NCBI GenBank assembly: GCA_001600815.1 | Contig: BCKZ01000023.1 | Coordinates: 186,001-250,000 of the forward strand | Source: Alloascoidea hylecoeti | Taxonomy: Eukaryota | Direction of reading: 5' to 3' | DNA: 64,000 nt | In this document: piece by piece, positions 46,336 to 62,435 of the stretch | Layout: each line of letters begins with the position of its first letter | Numbering within the stretch: position 1 is the first letter of the stretch | Notes under the pieces: generated by a model | Database searches by the model: none | The model's input: the letters and a program-made list of their open reading frames with translations, nothing else | What the model was told of the DNA's origin: nothing | Position numbers and translations under genes: made by a program

Positions 46336-47604
46336 TACTCTCCCTCAAAAATACGTTTATTGCTGTTATACTCATCATCTGAGTGTGTAGATAATAATGA
46401 AAAGAGATTTTTGAGAATATACTAAATTATATTTATACAAGTATTATAACTATAAGAAAAGTTGAACTTTTAACCACTATTTCATATGTGTGTGTATTAG
46501 TATATATTCCATGAAAACTTTTTTTTTTTTTTAATTTTTTTTAATTTTTTAAACGAAGGTTATAATGATTTATATATCAAATTCTTGATTATAACTATAG
46601 GTTAGATAGATACATTTGAAGAAAAATCTTTTCAACCTTTCAAAATATACATGTAATCTGAGTAAATATAGCTTCACAGTTGCCGAAATATGAGAAGTCT
46701 TAATATTAGCCCTTCAAGTGGGTGATTCAATGTAAAGAAATACGCCAACTTTTCTAGTGCAACGCCTCATAAAAGGAAGGAGTCTACTTAACTTTCTGAA
46801 ATGTCAGTAAATCAAATTTAGAAGGTTGTAGAATTTTATTGTCTAAATATAGAGTTGGATTTGCATAATGACATATGGATAGTGATGAATGTTCGGTTTT
46901 TAGGGATCCAGATCTGGAAAGGTATAATGCTCCACAACAGTCACACCAAGCCTTTGAATCAAAAATTATTTAAAGTATATGAAAGTTTGAGTCTTATGGT
47001 ATGTAATGAAATTTAGAAAAGAGGCTGTGCTTTACTGTACTGGTATATAGTGTAGTTAAAGATCCTAATAACAGAAAAATATTTAGGATCCCACCACGTT
47101 CCTACATGAAACTTCTGGAAGAGGCTTTTTGATAAGATTCCTGAGAGTTTCATACTCAATAACACACATATTCATAAAGCTGTGGTAACGATAGGTTATT
47201 TTTGTGGGAACGAGATAGAGGCGTTGGAGTGGGCGCCTATTTCATATGATCTGAATCCAATTGAGAACATATGGAGCCTCCTTAAAAAATTTCATCACAA
47301 GACTAGAATTGAGAGTATCAGCCTTTCACCCCCTGTAGAAAGGAAAAAAAGATAATATATTTTTTGAGTCTATTTCAAAAATTGGGCTCATATGGATCAG
47401 GATATCATTGATAAGTTAATTAATTCCATAGTAAGTCTATNGCGTTAATACAGTCAACAATAATTACTAAATTCAAAATAACATTAAAAAAATAGTCTAA
47501 TAAACTCTCTAGAATTTACACTATTTTTAGGAACTATTTAAAGCCTCGTAAAGTAATCAAGATGGCTAGTTATAATATTTCCATTTTTTTTTTTAGGAGC
47601 GGTG
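46336..47604 (+). mobile_element. Decayed Tc1/mariner-type transposon copy D (most complete)
   Basis: DDE-region relics in order: W-SDECSV (~46875-46900), LNNTHIHKA (~47155-47181, cf. QDNAPIH), EIEALEWAPISYDLNPIENIWSLLKK (47212-47289). Putative TIR ends TACTCTCCCTCAAAAA (46336) and TTTTAGGAGCGGTG (47604). Confidence 0.75.
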
Positions 47605-47738
47605 TTAGAAAAAGATGTTCATTTTTTAAATTTGATTATCACCAACTGTAAAATAATTTCCAAAATATATAATTAATACGGAATAGCTGCAATTAAAGAA
47701 GTTGAAACTTGAAACAGATCAATTCTAGTACTCCTCTT

Positions 47739-47769
<31 letters not shown>

Positions 47770-50533
47770 TCAATTGCAAGACCTTTGGGTTGAAACATTT
47801 AAATACTATGAATTATTATATCTTTTAAATTTTGCTTCATAATTATACATAAAGTCCTTCGAATTCAATTTCATATAACAAATATTAATGTTGAATTAAA
47901 CATTCATTATGCATGTGAGGTTATATAAAGAGGGGCCAAATTGGAGATTTTTATAAGAGGGGAATTCTGGACCTATTTTTGGACAAATTAACTAGCTATG
48001 TAGATAGGTTTAGGTGTTTGGGATTGGGTAGTGTTACTTGAAAACACAAATGTCTTGGAATTGTCAAACACGGAAGGTTATATTCAATTGATTTTAAATC
48101 TCGAAATTTTACCTGATTCTATTAATAAAGTAATGAAAATGGAAATCAATAAACTTGATATTATCATTGTGTGAAAAAGTTCTATAATTATCACTACTTT
48201 TTCATGCAACACACTAATCGTAGCTTTAATAGCTTATAATAAATACAAAATATAGCATTGGTTATAACTAGGACAACCTGTAATTATTTGATGTCAAAAA
48301 GTTACACAATATGCAAAGTAAAAAAGCCCTTGCCAAAAAAAAAAATAAAAAAAAAATAAAATAAAATAAAATAAAATAAAATAAAATAAAATAAAAAAGA
48401 AAAAGAAAAAGAAAAGAAGGGATGGAAGAAAAATTATTCCACCAATTCTAGTAACGGGATATTCATGATTGAATAACTATTACAACAGTTAACTAGCTAC
48501 TTCATGTTTAAAAATCTCATGATTAAACCCTTTCATGTCGTATTGAGCAATCTTTTTTTGATATTCATGGGCTTNTAATAATAAGATTNCCTTCTTTTAG
48601 TTTTAAGTTATAGTTGATCATGAGTTAATATATATATATTGGGGTATGATATTCAATTGCAACGACCAACACAAACGTGCAATATTTAGAGAATAGTATA
48701 ATTAACAGTATCAGGTTTAAACCATCAGTGTTCGTGACCGTAAAATTGATTGTTCTAGCAAGTAAGAATCATACGAATTTTCATGGTTGTTACATCTCTA
48801 CTTAGAGCCATCAATTGAAAAATGTTGTTACACATTACAAGGATCCTTACATAAATGTACACTTGAAATCGCAATTGCAATTGAAAGCTTCAAAGTAAAG
48901 AACTAAGAGTAGTTATAAATACCTGTCTATTTAAAACAGTTCATTGGAAATTCAAAATTAAGTTGTGGTAGAACTAGCTCCAAGTGGCTAGGTGATTTTT
49001 AATTAGATATAAAAGTAAAAAGTATTCGAATTATAACCGCTAAGTTTTGACACTTTATAATTCAATATTCAATAGTTGAATTACCAATTGAATTACAACT
49101 AGTTGTAATAGATAGCTAGTATCCACACTTGGACTGTGGTTCCTCAAAACGGAGTATCGGCTCGCTTAAGCCTGATAATGCATCGTACCGATATGTTAGA
49201 GGAATCCAAGAATGATATACCATACCACGAAGATGAACAAGGTACTAAGGCACTATGACCGTAATAAGATGCCAAAAGGTAAAGTCACAAAATAGACGGT
49301 GAATAGATTTTCATTGTTCAAGCGTGATGAATAGCATTAATAATGAGATATGACCATGACGAGGTATCTGGTCATAACCTTATAACATATCTAACAATTG
49401 CAAGTTTCAGAAATATCATTAAATTACCTTAAAACTCTAATACTATTATGATTATGATTTTATGATATGATTAAGGTTTAATATCTTTAAATTATTGCAA
49501 CGCTAAGGTACGAATTTTATAAAATTAGTAACTACAACAATTTATACTGATGGAACAAAAATAGTCTTAAAATAAATTAATGGAATATATTTATTAAATG
49601 TTAATTAAATANTAATAAAATGTTATCTTGAAATATTAATGTTATAAATATTGTAACGACTCTTCATAATAAAAATATTAAACTTTTTATATATTACCTA
49701 TTTGGGGCATTAGAGATTTAAAGATGCGTCCTGTCAGCCATGCCATGCGATATTACTGCTTGATTACTTATCTGGAAATAATCCGATCTCTCGCCTGAAC
49801 TTAATACAACAACAAACAAAACATACACATGTTTTTTTTCTTTCTAATTAATTAAAGCCTATATCAATATTAATATTTTTTAATTGATATAAATTATCAA
49901 ACCTTATTTCAATAACATTCCGATTGATTTAAACCTTCTTTGTTTTCTTGCAATTAACTACCGTTAATAAATGAATTAATTTGTTTCATGTAATTTGATC
50001 TGACCTANTACTATTAATTGATATGTTAAATGTAAGCTTACACATTTAACTGGAATTAAATAATGCTATAGTGATATTTAATTAAAGCGTTATAAAAAGA
50101 ATTTACACTTTATAAGATTTTACTATTGATTAAATACAGGTGATAAATTTACAAATAATAACTTTTATAAATATTATTTATTTTGATGATGTAGTAGTAC
50201 TTGAAATCATGAGTTTGGCTGAGATCAAATAATTAATTATATAATATTATAATTATTATCTTTAATTGAAATAATAATTATTCTAAAAAAACATGCTTGA
50301 AAAATATATGTTTAAATTTAAATTTAGGTGTATAGCCCCCTCCTCTTATAGTTGTATAACATTCATCAACTTTCATAATGCATGTTAAACTTTGTTTGTG
50401 TAGTGCACGACAATTATACAACATTCTTCATTATGATATCGGATCATATAACATACATGTTTTTTTCTTATCATTATCAACAATGAAGATCTTTTATCTT
50501 GGCCTTAGAACAATATTAATAGTATTTCATTAA

Positions 50534-50542
<9 letters not shown>

Positions 50543-50574
<32 letters not shown>
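50543..50574. repeat. (AT)n microsatellite
   Basis: Run of about 16 AT units. Confidence 0.9.
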
Positions 50575-50577
<3 letters not shown>

Positions 50578-51912
50578 ATCTATCGCATATTTTGACACAT
50601 ATATAATATCGAGAGTGAGATTTTTATAATATGCTCCAATAAGATCAAATATTATTGATGTTGTTTAACATCAATCAAGATCTCTTCATGATCACTATAA
50701 TATTCAACAAAAAGACACAATAATATGTAGCATTCCTCACGAGCTCTCAGAAGTTTAAAGCCATGCGCATTAAGCAGGATTCTTATCATGTCTCATATTT
50801 AACGTCGCTTTCATTACCTATTCAAGAGGCNAAGGAACAAATTAGGAAACACATCAACATGTTAGGAAATTAGATTTTTAAATAAACCAAAAGCAGCATG
50901 AAATAATAGAACATAATATACATAGAAGGGTGAAGGGCAGAACAAAAAGTCAGAATGTGGCTATAAATAGTAGTCTTGGAAATATACCGCCCCTGATATA
51001 ATACCATAAAATCCTCAATTATCTTAATTTAATAGTTAATCTAACATGTAGATTGAGGTCTTAGAATTTAATTTAAATAGTACCTTAATTGTTTGAAGTT
51101 AATTCAAACAACGTCTAAAATGTTATGTTGTATCACATTAAAGTTCTATATCTTAAATCTAACATCATTCCTTTTAAGTTGTATACTAATCTAATAGATC
51201 AAGATATTGTTTCTGATATGGAAATTAAGGATAATTTATCTGATGACATCATTTAAATCTGTATAGTCAAGTTTCGATTTCATTAATTATAATTGAACAT
51301 GATCGAAATCTATTTTCCATGCTACCATTAATTAGTGTATTTGATTAATATAGAAATTTGAAACTACCCAGATCTTACATGCCTAAAGAAGGATCGTTGT
51401 GGGATTAATGTACCGGTATATGAGGAATATCAGCAGAAATTGTGGCACGACCGAGCTGACCACAGATAATGGGCATGGAAAGGATACGTAATTGCTAAAT
51501 ATATAACGTGTGCTGGGGGCGTGTGTCTCATAACATGTAGAATGGGACGAAATCATCTCATCAGAAGCGAACAATTGGGATCAGGTAGAGATTAGAATGC
51601 AGTGCGGTTTTACAACCATAAAGCAGAGTATGACTATGGGGTAATAATAAGAGTCCTCGAAGCACGCAAACAGGTGGCAGACGCTGAATGCGGCCGGCCT
51701 CCCGCCCTTCTGGGCAACCCTGCAATTACACCCCAAAGTACAATGTTGCCGCATCCGGCAAGCGACCAGCCAGCTGCATGCGCTGTGCGTCCACGCTGCA
51801 CCATGCATATGCACACGTAAGCTTAATCTTCGTGTGTATAAAAATGTCGCGATCTGCTTTCTTCAGACACATCATTTGCACTCCCCAAGCCTGTATTTGT
51901 GCTCCCACCAGA

Positions 51913-52938
51913 ATGGCCGTCGTCTCCAACAAAACTGCCCTCAAGCTGTTTCTGCAGTCGCCCGTCTCGCCCCACATGGTCAGGGTGCTGGCCGCGACCG
52001 CGTCGTCCGTCATCGACTGCAGCCCCCAAGGCGAGCAACCCTCGCCCTGCCCGTCCTACCTGCCGTCTCCACCGGCTTCTCCCCTCCCCAGCCCGGCGGC
52101 CGAAAAACTGCCCTCCCTCGAGGCCTTCATATCCAGTCTCGTCTCGCAGTCCAACGTTCAGACCCCCACGCTGATGTCCTCGATGATCTACCTCCTGCGG
52201 CTCAAGTCAAAGCTACCGCTAAACGCAAAAGGCCTGCCCTGCACCATACACCGCATATTTCTCGCCTGTCTCATAGTGGCCGCGAAAAACCTCAACGACT
52301 CCTCTCCCATGAATAAACATTGGGCCAAGTATACAAACGGCTTGTTCACCGTAGACGAACTGAACCTGATGGAACGACAATTACTGGCACTGCTTGATTG
52401 GAATCTTAATATTGAAACGCAAGACTTGTACAATTGTTTTGCTCCATTCTTAGATCCAATCAAATGCTATTTACGAAAAGAAGCTGAAAAAAATTATATA
52501 AAGAATCACAGTCCAAGACAGTATTCTTCAAATTATATATCTTCGAGAATAGATTCTCCAATTTCATATGCTCTTTCTCCTGTTAAAAGCAACGGTAGTG
52601 ATTGTTCAAATTATCTATTAAACGTTCCGGAAGCAACTATTCGCACCCAAAGACACAATAAAAGACCATCGTTATATCACTCTTTTAAATCTTCAACTTC
52701 AACATCCGATTCATTGTCAAACCTTCCAAATTTATCAAATTCTCCCTCATCATTACCAAATGGTTCAACTCCATCATTACCATTAATAAGTAATCTGACA
52801 AATATTCCAACTATTATTACACAAAAAGTAAAACATAAGAATAATCTTCATAGAATGGAATCTTTTAAACAAGAATTAAGAGCTTTGGAAGCTGAATATA
52901 ATCTTGGTAATTTTCGTGAATCAAGAATGATTTACTGA
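51913..52938 (+). CDS. PCL1: Pho85 cyclin, Pcl1/Pcl2-like
   Basis: LPSLEAFISSLVSQSNVQTPTLMSSMIYLLRLK, GLPCTIHRIFLACLIVAAKNLNDSSPMNKHWAKY, NLMERQLLALLDWNL; likely start MAVVSNK. Confidence 0.88.
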   Translation: MAVVSNKTALKLFLQSPVSPHMVRVLAATASSVIDCSPQGEQPSPCPSYLPSPPASPLPSPAAEKLPSLEAFISSLVSQSNVQTPTLMSSMIYLLRLKSKLPLNAKGLPCTIHRIFLACLIVAAKNLNDSSPMNKHWAKYTNGLFTVDELNLMERQLLALLDWNLNIETQDLYNCFAPFLDPIKCYLRKEAEKNYIKNHSPRQYSSNYISSRIDSPISYALSPVKSNGSDCSNYLLNVPEATIRTQRHNKRPSLYHSFKSSTSTSDSLSNLPNLSNSPSSLPNGSTPSLPLISNLTNIPTIITQKVKHKNNLHRMESFKQELRALEAEYNLGNFRESRMIY

Positions 52939-53531
52939 ATTATATATATCATACACATTTAAACAACATTAATTAATTTTAACCATTAATTTCAAGTTAA
53001 CGCTAATTTAAATTATAAATTAAATCATACATTTTTTACCCCAAACACAAACACAAAACACAAAACACAAAACACAAACCTCACTAATTAATACTAATAA
53101 CTCTACATTTTTTAAACATTCTTGAAAACTACCATATTTTGTTTCATTAAAAAAGTTCACCTTTTTTCATTTTTGATTACTTTCTGTTAATCTAAGACAT
53201 TCATGATGATATATTATTAATATTTTGATTGTTTAATATTTAATACATTATTATATTATTATATTGATGATTAAAAAAATCATTGCATTTTTATTATACT
53301 TTCTCATTTCTCATCATCATCTATTAATTCATATATTTTTAAAACATTTTTCTTTTTGCTTTGCTTTTTGCTCCTGCTTTTCGCTTTTTGTTTTTGAATT
53401 GTTATGTTATGTTATGTCATGTTATTGTTAGTTTTATTTTCTTTTTAATTTCATTTTGTTAAATGTTTTTATTATTATATCTGCTTTTAAAAACAGTGCA
53501 GTGCATTTTTTTATCAAAATTTTTTTCTTTC

Positions 53532-53568
<37 letters not shown>

Positions 53569-53914
53569 TTTAAAAAAACTGGATATTTGGGATTTTTTTG
53601 TATAATTAGAAACGATAACAAACACACAAAAATAAATATAAAAAATAAAAACAATGTTTTAAATTAAAAAGTATAAATCGTAATTGTAAATCACTCACCA
53701 TTATTATCATCATCATCATTTCTATCTCCAAACCAATTTAAACATCATCATTAGTTTTACATTAGATTACATTAGCTACAAATTTTAAATTGATAGTTAA
53801 ATAGTTACAAATCTTAAATTATCCATTATCAGTATTACTAGTATATTCTAAACATTTTACAAACAATGAATTAAAGCTTTGGGTTTTGTTATTCCTATAT
53901 ATAATAGTGTTGAA

Positions 53915-56698
<2,784 letters not shown>

Positions 56699-56947
56699 TT
56701 TATACAGTAATCAATTCTTCTAGATAAGTAAATATAATCAAAAATAGAGAAAGTTTGGGAATAGTTATATAAAAAAGGAAGATGAAAGAATTCGGGAGTT
56801 GGAAGTTTGAAAGTTGGAAGGCAAATATATACGGGTTGGGGCGGGTAACCCTCCAAATTAACTGCTGGAACTTCCTCTTTACGATAACTGTAATTAGTAG
56901 TAATAATAAGATTATCATAAAATTTATATTTGTATAAAATTTAGTAT

Positions 56948-57442
56948 TTAGTTTCCGATTTTGGCAACGATATCGGCATGTAAAGCCTTTAGTTCGTCAG
57001 TGTTTGTTTCAATTTGAGGCCACCCGACTATTAAACCGGTTTTTGCATCTTTTTTAGGAATAACGTGGAAATGAACATGATCGACGACCTGATGTGCAAT
57101 TCTCCCATTATTTTGTAAAATATTATACCCCTCACCGTCGGGACCTTCAATTGATTCTGCACCAAGAGCAATTGCGATTTTTTTGGCGACCGGCAGGATG
57201 TCCGCCAAGTGCGGGTCTGGGATGTCGTGAAGTTTGGCCCCATGATATTTAGGGATGATCAGAGCATGGCCCCGGGCCGTTGGCTGGATATCCAGGAAAG
57301 CGTAAGATTTCTCAGTTTCGAGCAGCTTGAGGGAAGGGATTTCGCCTACACGATATCAGCGGTGAGCCCTGGACAGACGAATACGCGGCTGGTACATACC
57401 TTTGATGATCTTGCAGAAGATGCAGTTTTGGTCCAAAGTCAT
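56948..57442 (-). CDS. HNT1: HIT-family adenosine 5'-monophosphoramidase; exons 57400-57442 and 56948-57345
   Basis: CIFCKIIKGEIPS across the intron, AFLDIQP, HALIIPKYHGAKLHDIPD, QNNGRIAHQVVDHVHFHVIPK. Confidence 0.95.
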
Positions 57443-57561
57443 GATGCGAGTCGATGGTGGTTGAGGTTGAGGAGATGTGGAGTACGGGTGATGTAGACTT
57501 GGAGTACGGATGTATTGACACACTCCAAACTGCGGATTCTCTGCTTCATCTCTCATCCAAA

Positions 57562-58779
57562 ATGGCCGGGTACTACGGAGACCCCAATGTTAATAACGTT
57601 AGCGACAACTTCTCTCGCTTCACCCAGGACGACCTGCTCCCCCACCAACGCCTGGCCCTCGCCTTCCGCCAGCCGCAGCAGACCTCTCCCCTGGCCATCC
57701 CGGGCGCGATCCCAGGGGCGATCCCAGGGGCGATCCCAGGCGCAATGGGCATCCCGGGCACCGTGGGTGGCACCGTGGGCGGCACCGTGGGCGGCACCGT
57801 GGGCGGGAACGGGGGCCGCGGCTACGACGACTCTCTCCTGCTGTCACGTGTCCTGACCGACCCAAATCGAGACCTCCCGCTGTCGTTTGACTACCATTCG
57901 CCTCTGCAGAGCCCCCAGTTTTTCTCTGCCCCCAAACAGAACCCTTTCCCCGTCGGTGTCGGTCACCCTTCTCTTGGCTACACCTCCCCGGTGCTCCACT
58001 CCCCACCGCCACCCGATGGCCTACGATCTCCAACCCAATATCCCTTGTCTCCAGTCACGTCCCACCAACATCGCCATGAAAGCGTGCGTAATTTAACAAA
58101 AGATCAGAAAATGAAACGTCGAAGGGAATTCCACAATGCCGTGGAGAGAAGAAGACGTGATAATATTAAAGATCGTATATATGAATTAAGTGAATTGGTC
58201 CCCGCTGCTTTGTTAAATGGTGCTGATAATGAATTAGGTGCGAAAGAAGGTAGACCAAATAAAGGTACCATATTAACTAAAACTGTTGAATATATTCAGC
58301 ANTTACAAAATATTGTAGAATTACAGAAAAAATCTCAATATGATTTAAGACAGAAAATTAATAAATTATCAATTTCAAATGATAATAATGATAATGGAAA
58401 TGATAATGAAAAAGATAATGAGAATGGAAATGAAAAGTTAACTTCAAATTCAAATTCAAATTCAAATACAAACTCAAATCAAAATCAAAATATTAATATT
58501 AATAATTCAAATAAAAATATAAAACAAGAAGATTCATCAACTTTCTTCCCAATTGATGATTATAATAATTTAAAATCAACTGATTTATTCATGTCATTAA
58601 CACCAAGAGAATCAATTCCATCATCATCTGGTGTTGCAACTGCTACTGGTAGTAATTCAAGTAATACTGCAACTGGTACTGGTGTTCAAAATAATGATAT
58701 TTGGGATACAAATTATTCTAATTTTGATACAAGTAATGATGAATTAAGTCAATTGGAAAAAGTTTTATCACAACAATAA
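57562..58779 (+). CDS. bHLH-Zip transcription factor, Rtg3-like
   Basis: RRREFHNAVERRRRDNIKDRIYELSELVP...PNKGTILTKTVEYI; N-terminal GAIP and GGTV 12-bp repeats. Confidence 0.85.
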   Translation: MAGYYGDPNVNNVSDNFSRFTQDDLLPHQRLALAFRQPQQTSPLAIPGAIPGAIPGAIPGAMGIPGTVGGTVGGTVGGTVGGNGGRGYDDSLLLSRVLTDPNRDLPLSFDYHSPLQSPQFFSAPKQNPFPVGVGHPSLGYTSPVLHSPPPPDGLRSPTQYPLSPVTSHQHRHESVRNLTKDQKMKRRREFHNAVERRRRDNIKDRIYELSELVPAALLNGADNELGAKEGRPNKGTILTKTVEYIQXLQNIVELQKKSQYDLRQKINKLSISNDNNDNGNDNEKDNENGNEKLTSNSNSNSNTNSNQNQNININNSNKNIKQEDSSTFFPIDDYNNLKSTDLFMSLTPRESIPSSSGVATATGSNSSNTATGTGVQNNDIWDTNYSNFDTSNDELSQLEKVLSQQ

Positions 58780-59499
58780 ATTTATCTTCATTTCAATCTT
58801 TTCAATCTTTTCAAAAATAACTATTTATTAATTTTATTCTATTAGTTATTCTAAGTTATTCATCTCTTTTACTTTTCACTTTTCATTTTTCACTATTCAC
58901 TATTCACTATTTATTTTTACTTTTTAATTTTGTTAAACATCATAATAATGTTACTTCATTACTTCAAATTATATATGATATAAGAAGAATTTCTGTCTTT
59001 ATTCACACATCATCATCATTATTATTTTTTTTATTTCTATACCTATATTATATTAACTTTGTTTTTATAATTTTAAATCCTTGAGATTTCTATATCTTGC
59101 TTTCTTTAATTTATTTGAATTAATTCTTGATTTTTACACACTTTTATAAATGCAATTGTTAATCATTATATTTTGAATTATATGGTTAAATTATATATTT
59201 TTTTCTTACATTTTATGCTTATGTTTTTGTTTATGTTTTATGCTTATGTTTTTGTTTATGTTTTTGTTTATGCTTTTGTTAATGTTATGTTTTTGTTTAT
59301 GTTTGATTGATTGATTTGCTATTATTAAATTATGTTTTTGAAGAAGTAATCTAGATTTTATTCATTATTATTTATAAAATAGCCAGTGACAATAATCATC
59401 TTTACATAATGATGATTAAAAGGAGACACTAAACTAAACTATAAATTAGGTTTGATAATTATGATTATCCATTGATGTAAGTGTAAGAATATAAACTTT

Positions 59500-60142
59500 A
59501 AACTGATCTTCTCCCTTGTTGGAAGAAATCAATGTTACGCTAGGACGATATATATAATTATTTGGTAGTGATAACAGGTAATGGAGATGTTTTTGCAGAT
59601 ATCAAAGAGACACAACATTTTGCTGTATCTCAGAAATTAAAAGAATATATTGAATCATGGAGAAAAATTAAAGATTTTCTAAATCCTCTGATTGTAGCGG
59701 TAAATGGGTATGAATTAGGTGATGGATGTGAATCGACAATTGTTGGGCAGCCGGAAATATTACTTGGATTAATAATACCTGGGGCTGGAGGTACGCAATG
59801 ATTAAATTAATTGGGAAAGCAAGGGCAATGGAATATATTTTAACTGGTCTTAGATTTAATGCAGAACAAGCAAAAAATTGGGGATTGGTTTCAAATGTAT
59901 ATCCTGTTGATAAAATATTAATAGTTAATGAAGCTGTTAAATTGGCAACAGAAATAGCTTCGGTTTATTCAAATAGTCTTAGAAAAGCTAAACAATGTAT
60001 TAATACGGCAAATTCATTTCCTATAACTAATAGTTTGAAGTATGAAAGAGGTGTCTTTCACTCTTTGTTTGATGCTGTTGATAAAAGTGAAGGATTGATT
60101 GTTTTTATTGAAAAAAGAAAGTCAAGTTTTACAAAACTGTAA
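59500..60142 (+). pseudogene. Enoyl-CoA hydratase/crotonase pseudogene
   Basis: VVITG, PLIVAVNGYELGDGCE, GQPEILLGLIIPGAGGTQ then TGA and a frameshift before LIGKARAMEYILTG; internal deletions; no clear start. Confidence 0.85.
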
Positions 60143-62435
60143 CATGATATGTATTGAAAAATGTTGGGTATTAACTCGATAAGGTATATCTAACTGATTA
60201 TGTATAGACTGTGGAAGCATATGATTACTCCTCTGATGAGTGTCGAAACTTTCTCGAAAGAATAAAAACCAGGCATCCTTGCTGGTTTCAAAATATAAAA
60301 AATAAAAAAAAATCTAGAAGAAGTTTTGAAGAAGTTTAGTGATAGATACAACTAAACTGATTGAATATTTTATTATATACTAAATGCTTACTAAATATAC
60401 TAATAAAAACATATGAAGTGGTTGGCTTGTTTTGTGGAGGTTGCTTGTGTTTGAGTCCTATCGGCGCTACTTCATGTATGTGCTAGAGCTACTTAAAATA
60501 CTTAATTAAATTGGAAAACTTGAATGGACCATCTTCTAAAGTTAATTCAAGTGTGAGGGGAGCTTTCCGAGATTGTACCTATTCTTAACATTGATGAAAT
60601 CATGGAAATGGTGAATAAACTTGCTGAATGACACTAGAGACTTCTAAAATTTATAAAAAATACTGTTCCCCACAAAATACGTGTACATGTACATTTTTAT
60701 TTATATAGACACAATAAACAATTTTGTGAAATAATTAAAAATGCTCTAGTTTTTGTGTTTCTTATGGTGCTGTGACGGTTGTTATTCACCTATATTTCAG
60801 AATTTAAATGAACACTCAAGACAATTAATAAAAATGTTAACGTTCAAATAAAGATAGAAAACATATAATAATATATGTTTCATACGGTAATTTTTATTGT
60901 ATGTAAATCTTGTTTGAACGCTTTTCTAAGATTTAGTATATTGAGTTCACTAGCTCCAAGCTTCTGACATTTGTCTCTCTTTTTTTCTTCTTCGGATCAT
61001 TGTATATAATTAGTGCCCTTCCCCTCTTAGAGTCTGAATTCCACTTAGAATAGTTTTCAAGAGATCTCCGAACATTGTGGTGGGAAAATGAGATAATAAA
61101 GCTTACTACGTCCCCTTGATATGATTTGTCCAAATGGGGAAATCTCATCAGATATCTCATATGTTCACAATTTTCCAACCATACTTCGTAAGCGACCTAA
61201 GCAAGCTGTGATCACTGTTCTTACATCAAATAAATATTCACGCAAAATGAAAATTTACTACATTTATTTTGTTATTTCTACCTCTTTTTCGCCTGCCTAA
61301 ACCTTTCCGAACTTTAATGATACTCTTCAACCTCTTACATAGGGGGTTGGGCAGCGAACCAATCACTTTGAACAGAAAATAACTATCAACGTTGACCGTA
61401 CTTTAACTTCTTTTAACTTATAGAAAAACTGTAAAATAAGTAAACAAATTTATTCAAGCTATTTAAGGAATAACTATCGATATCGTCTAACTATTCCTAT
61501 ATTTTTCTCTTCCTCACGCTCTCTTTTCAGGGATAGAAAGAAAACTGAAGATCTGAAGATAAAAAGAGGTGATGAAAGTGCAATGGTGTATGATATTTGG
61601 TAAAGTTAACATTCAAACTAGCAAAATTGCTATAATCGTATTCCATAAATAATAGTTCTATTATTAACTTGAATCTAGATCTAAAATGTGACACTTTTCG
61701 AAAGGATCGGATTTAATACCGATCAGTAAACTTAAGCTTGTAGGTTATATTAGATAATTAATCTAAGCCTATTGTTTCTAGCAATAGCTATTACAGTATA
61801 TCTGGTATATCAGTTTCTGTTGTTGCAGACTGCTCAACCAACAATGCGCACAATCAAGCTAGTATATATACATTATATAGTCAAAAACTGAAGAACTTGC
61901 TCTCATTGCAATTGTGTCGTGATAACCTCAAATCTAACTAAACTAAATTATTATTACGTCACCCGCAAGTGATAAATGCATCCGTTACACGTGACACCAA
62001 AATCAATTATTTTTGTTTTTTCATTTATAATCAGAAATTTTTAAGGAAGATCTTATAAGTACTTTGTAATATTAACATTTGTAATTAGATATTTAGACAT
62101 ATGGTATACTGAAGATATTTATAGAACAATAACTAGAAAAAGCGATTATAATAATCTATGAAAAGTCTATTCCTTAATTGGTACAAGTTGAAGATAAAAT
62201 CTCATGATCACTCATATAGCTGACCGAGAAATAAAAAATTATCATTAATATTGTGTATTAGCGTTTTATAGTTGTAAAGATATTAACACATTAAATATAT
62301 AAATGATAATAAATTGGATAAGCAGCAAATGTATAAGTTATTAATATTAATAATAATGTGACAACAACTCACATCTTCTTGCACATACACACACACTTTA
62401 ACCTTTTCATTTTTATATATCTTTCAACACACACA

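Noticed and set aside
51688..51912. N-terminal extension of the PCL1 ORF in the ORF track
   Set aside because: Similarity to Pcl cyclins starts near MAVVSNK; the extension is an open frame expected in GC-rich promoter DNA.
57209..58096. Many overlapping ORFs in the GC islands (also 25093-25435, 42820-43386, 51581-52463)
   Set aside because: Shadow frames of real genes caused by stop-codon scarcity in GC-rich sequence.
59798..59801. Programmed readthrough or frameshift in the hydratase gene
   Set aside because: Additional internal deletions and the missing N-terminus point to ordinary pseudogenisation.
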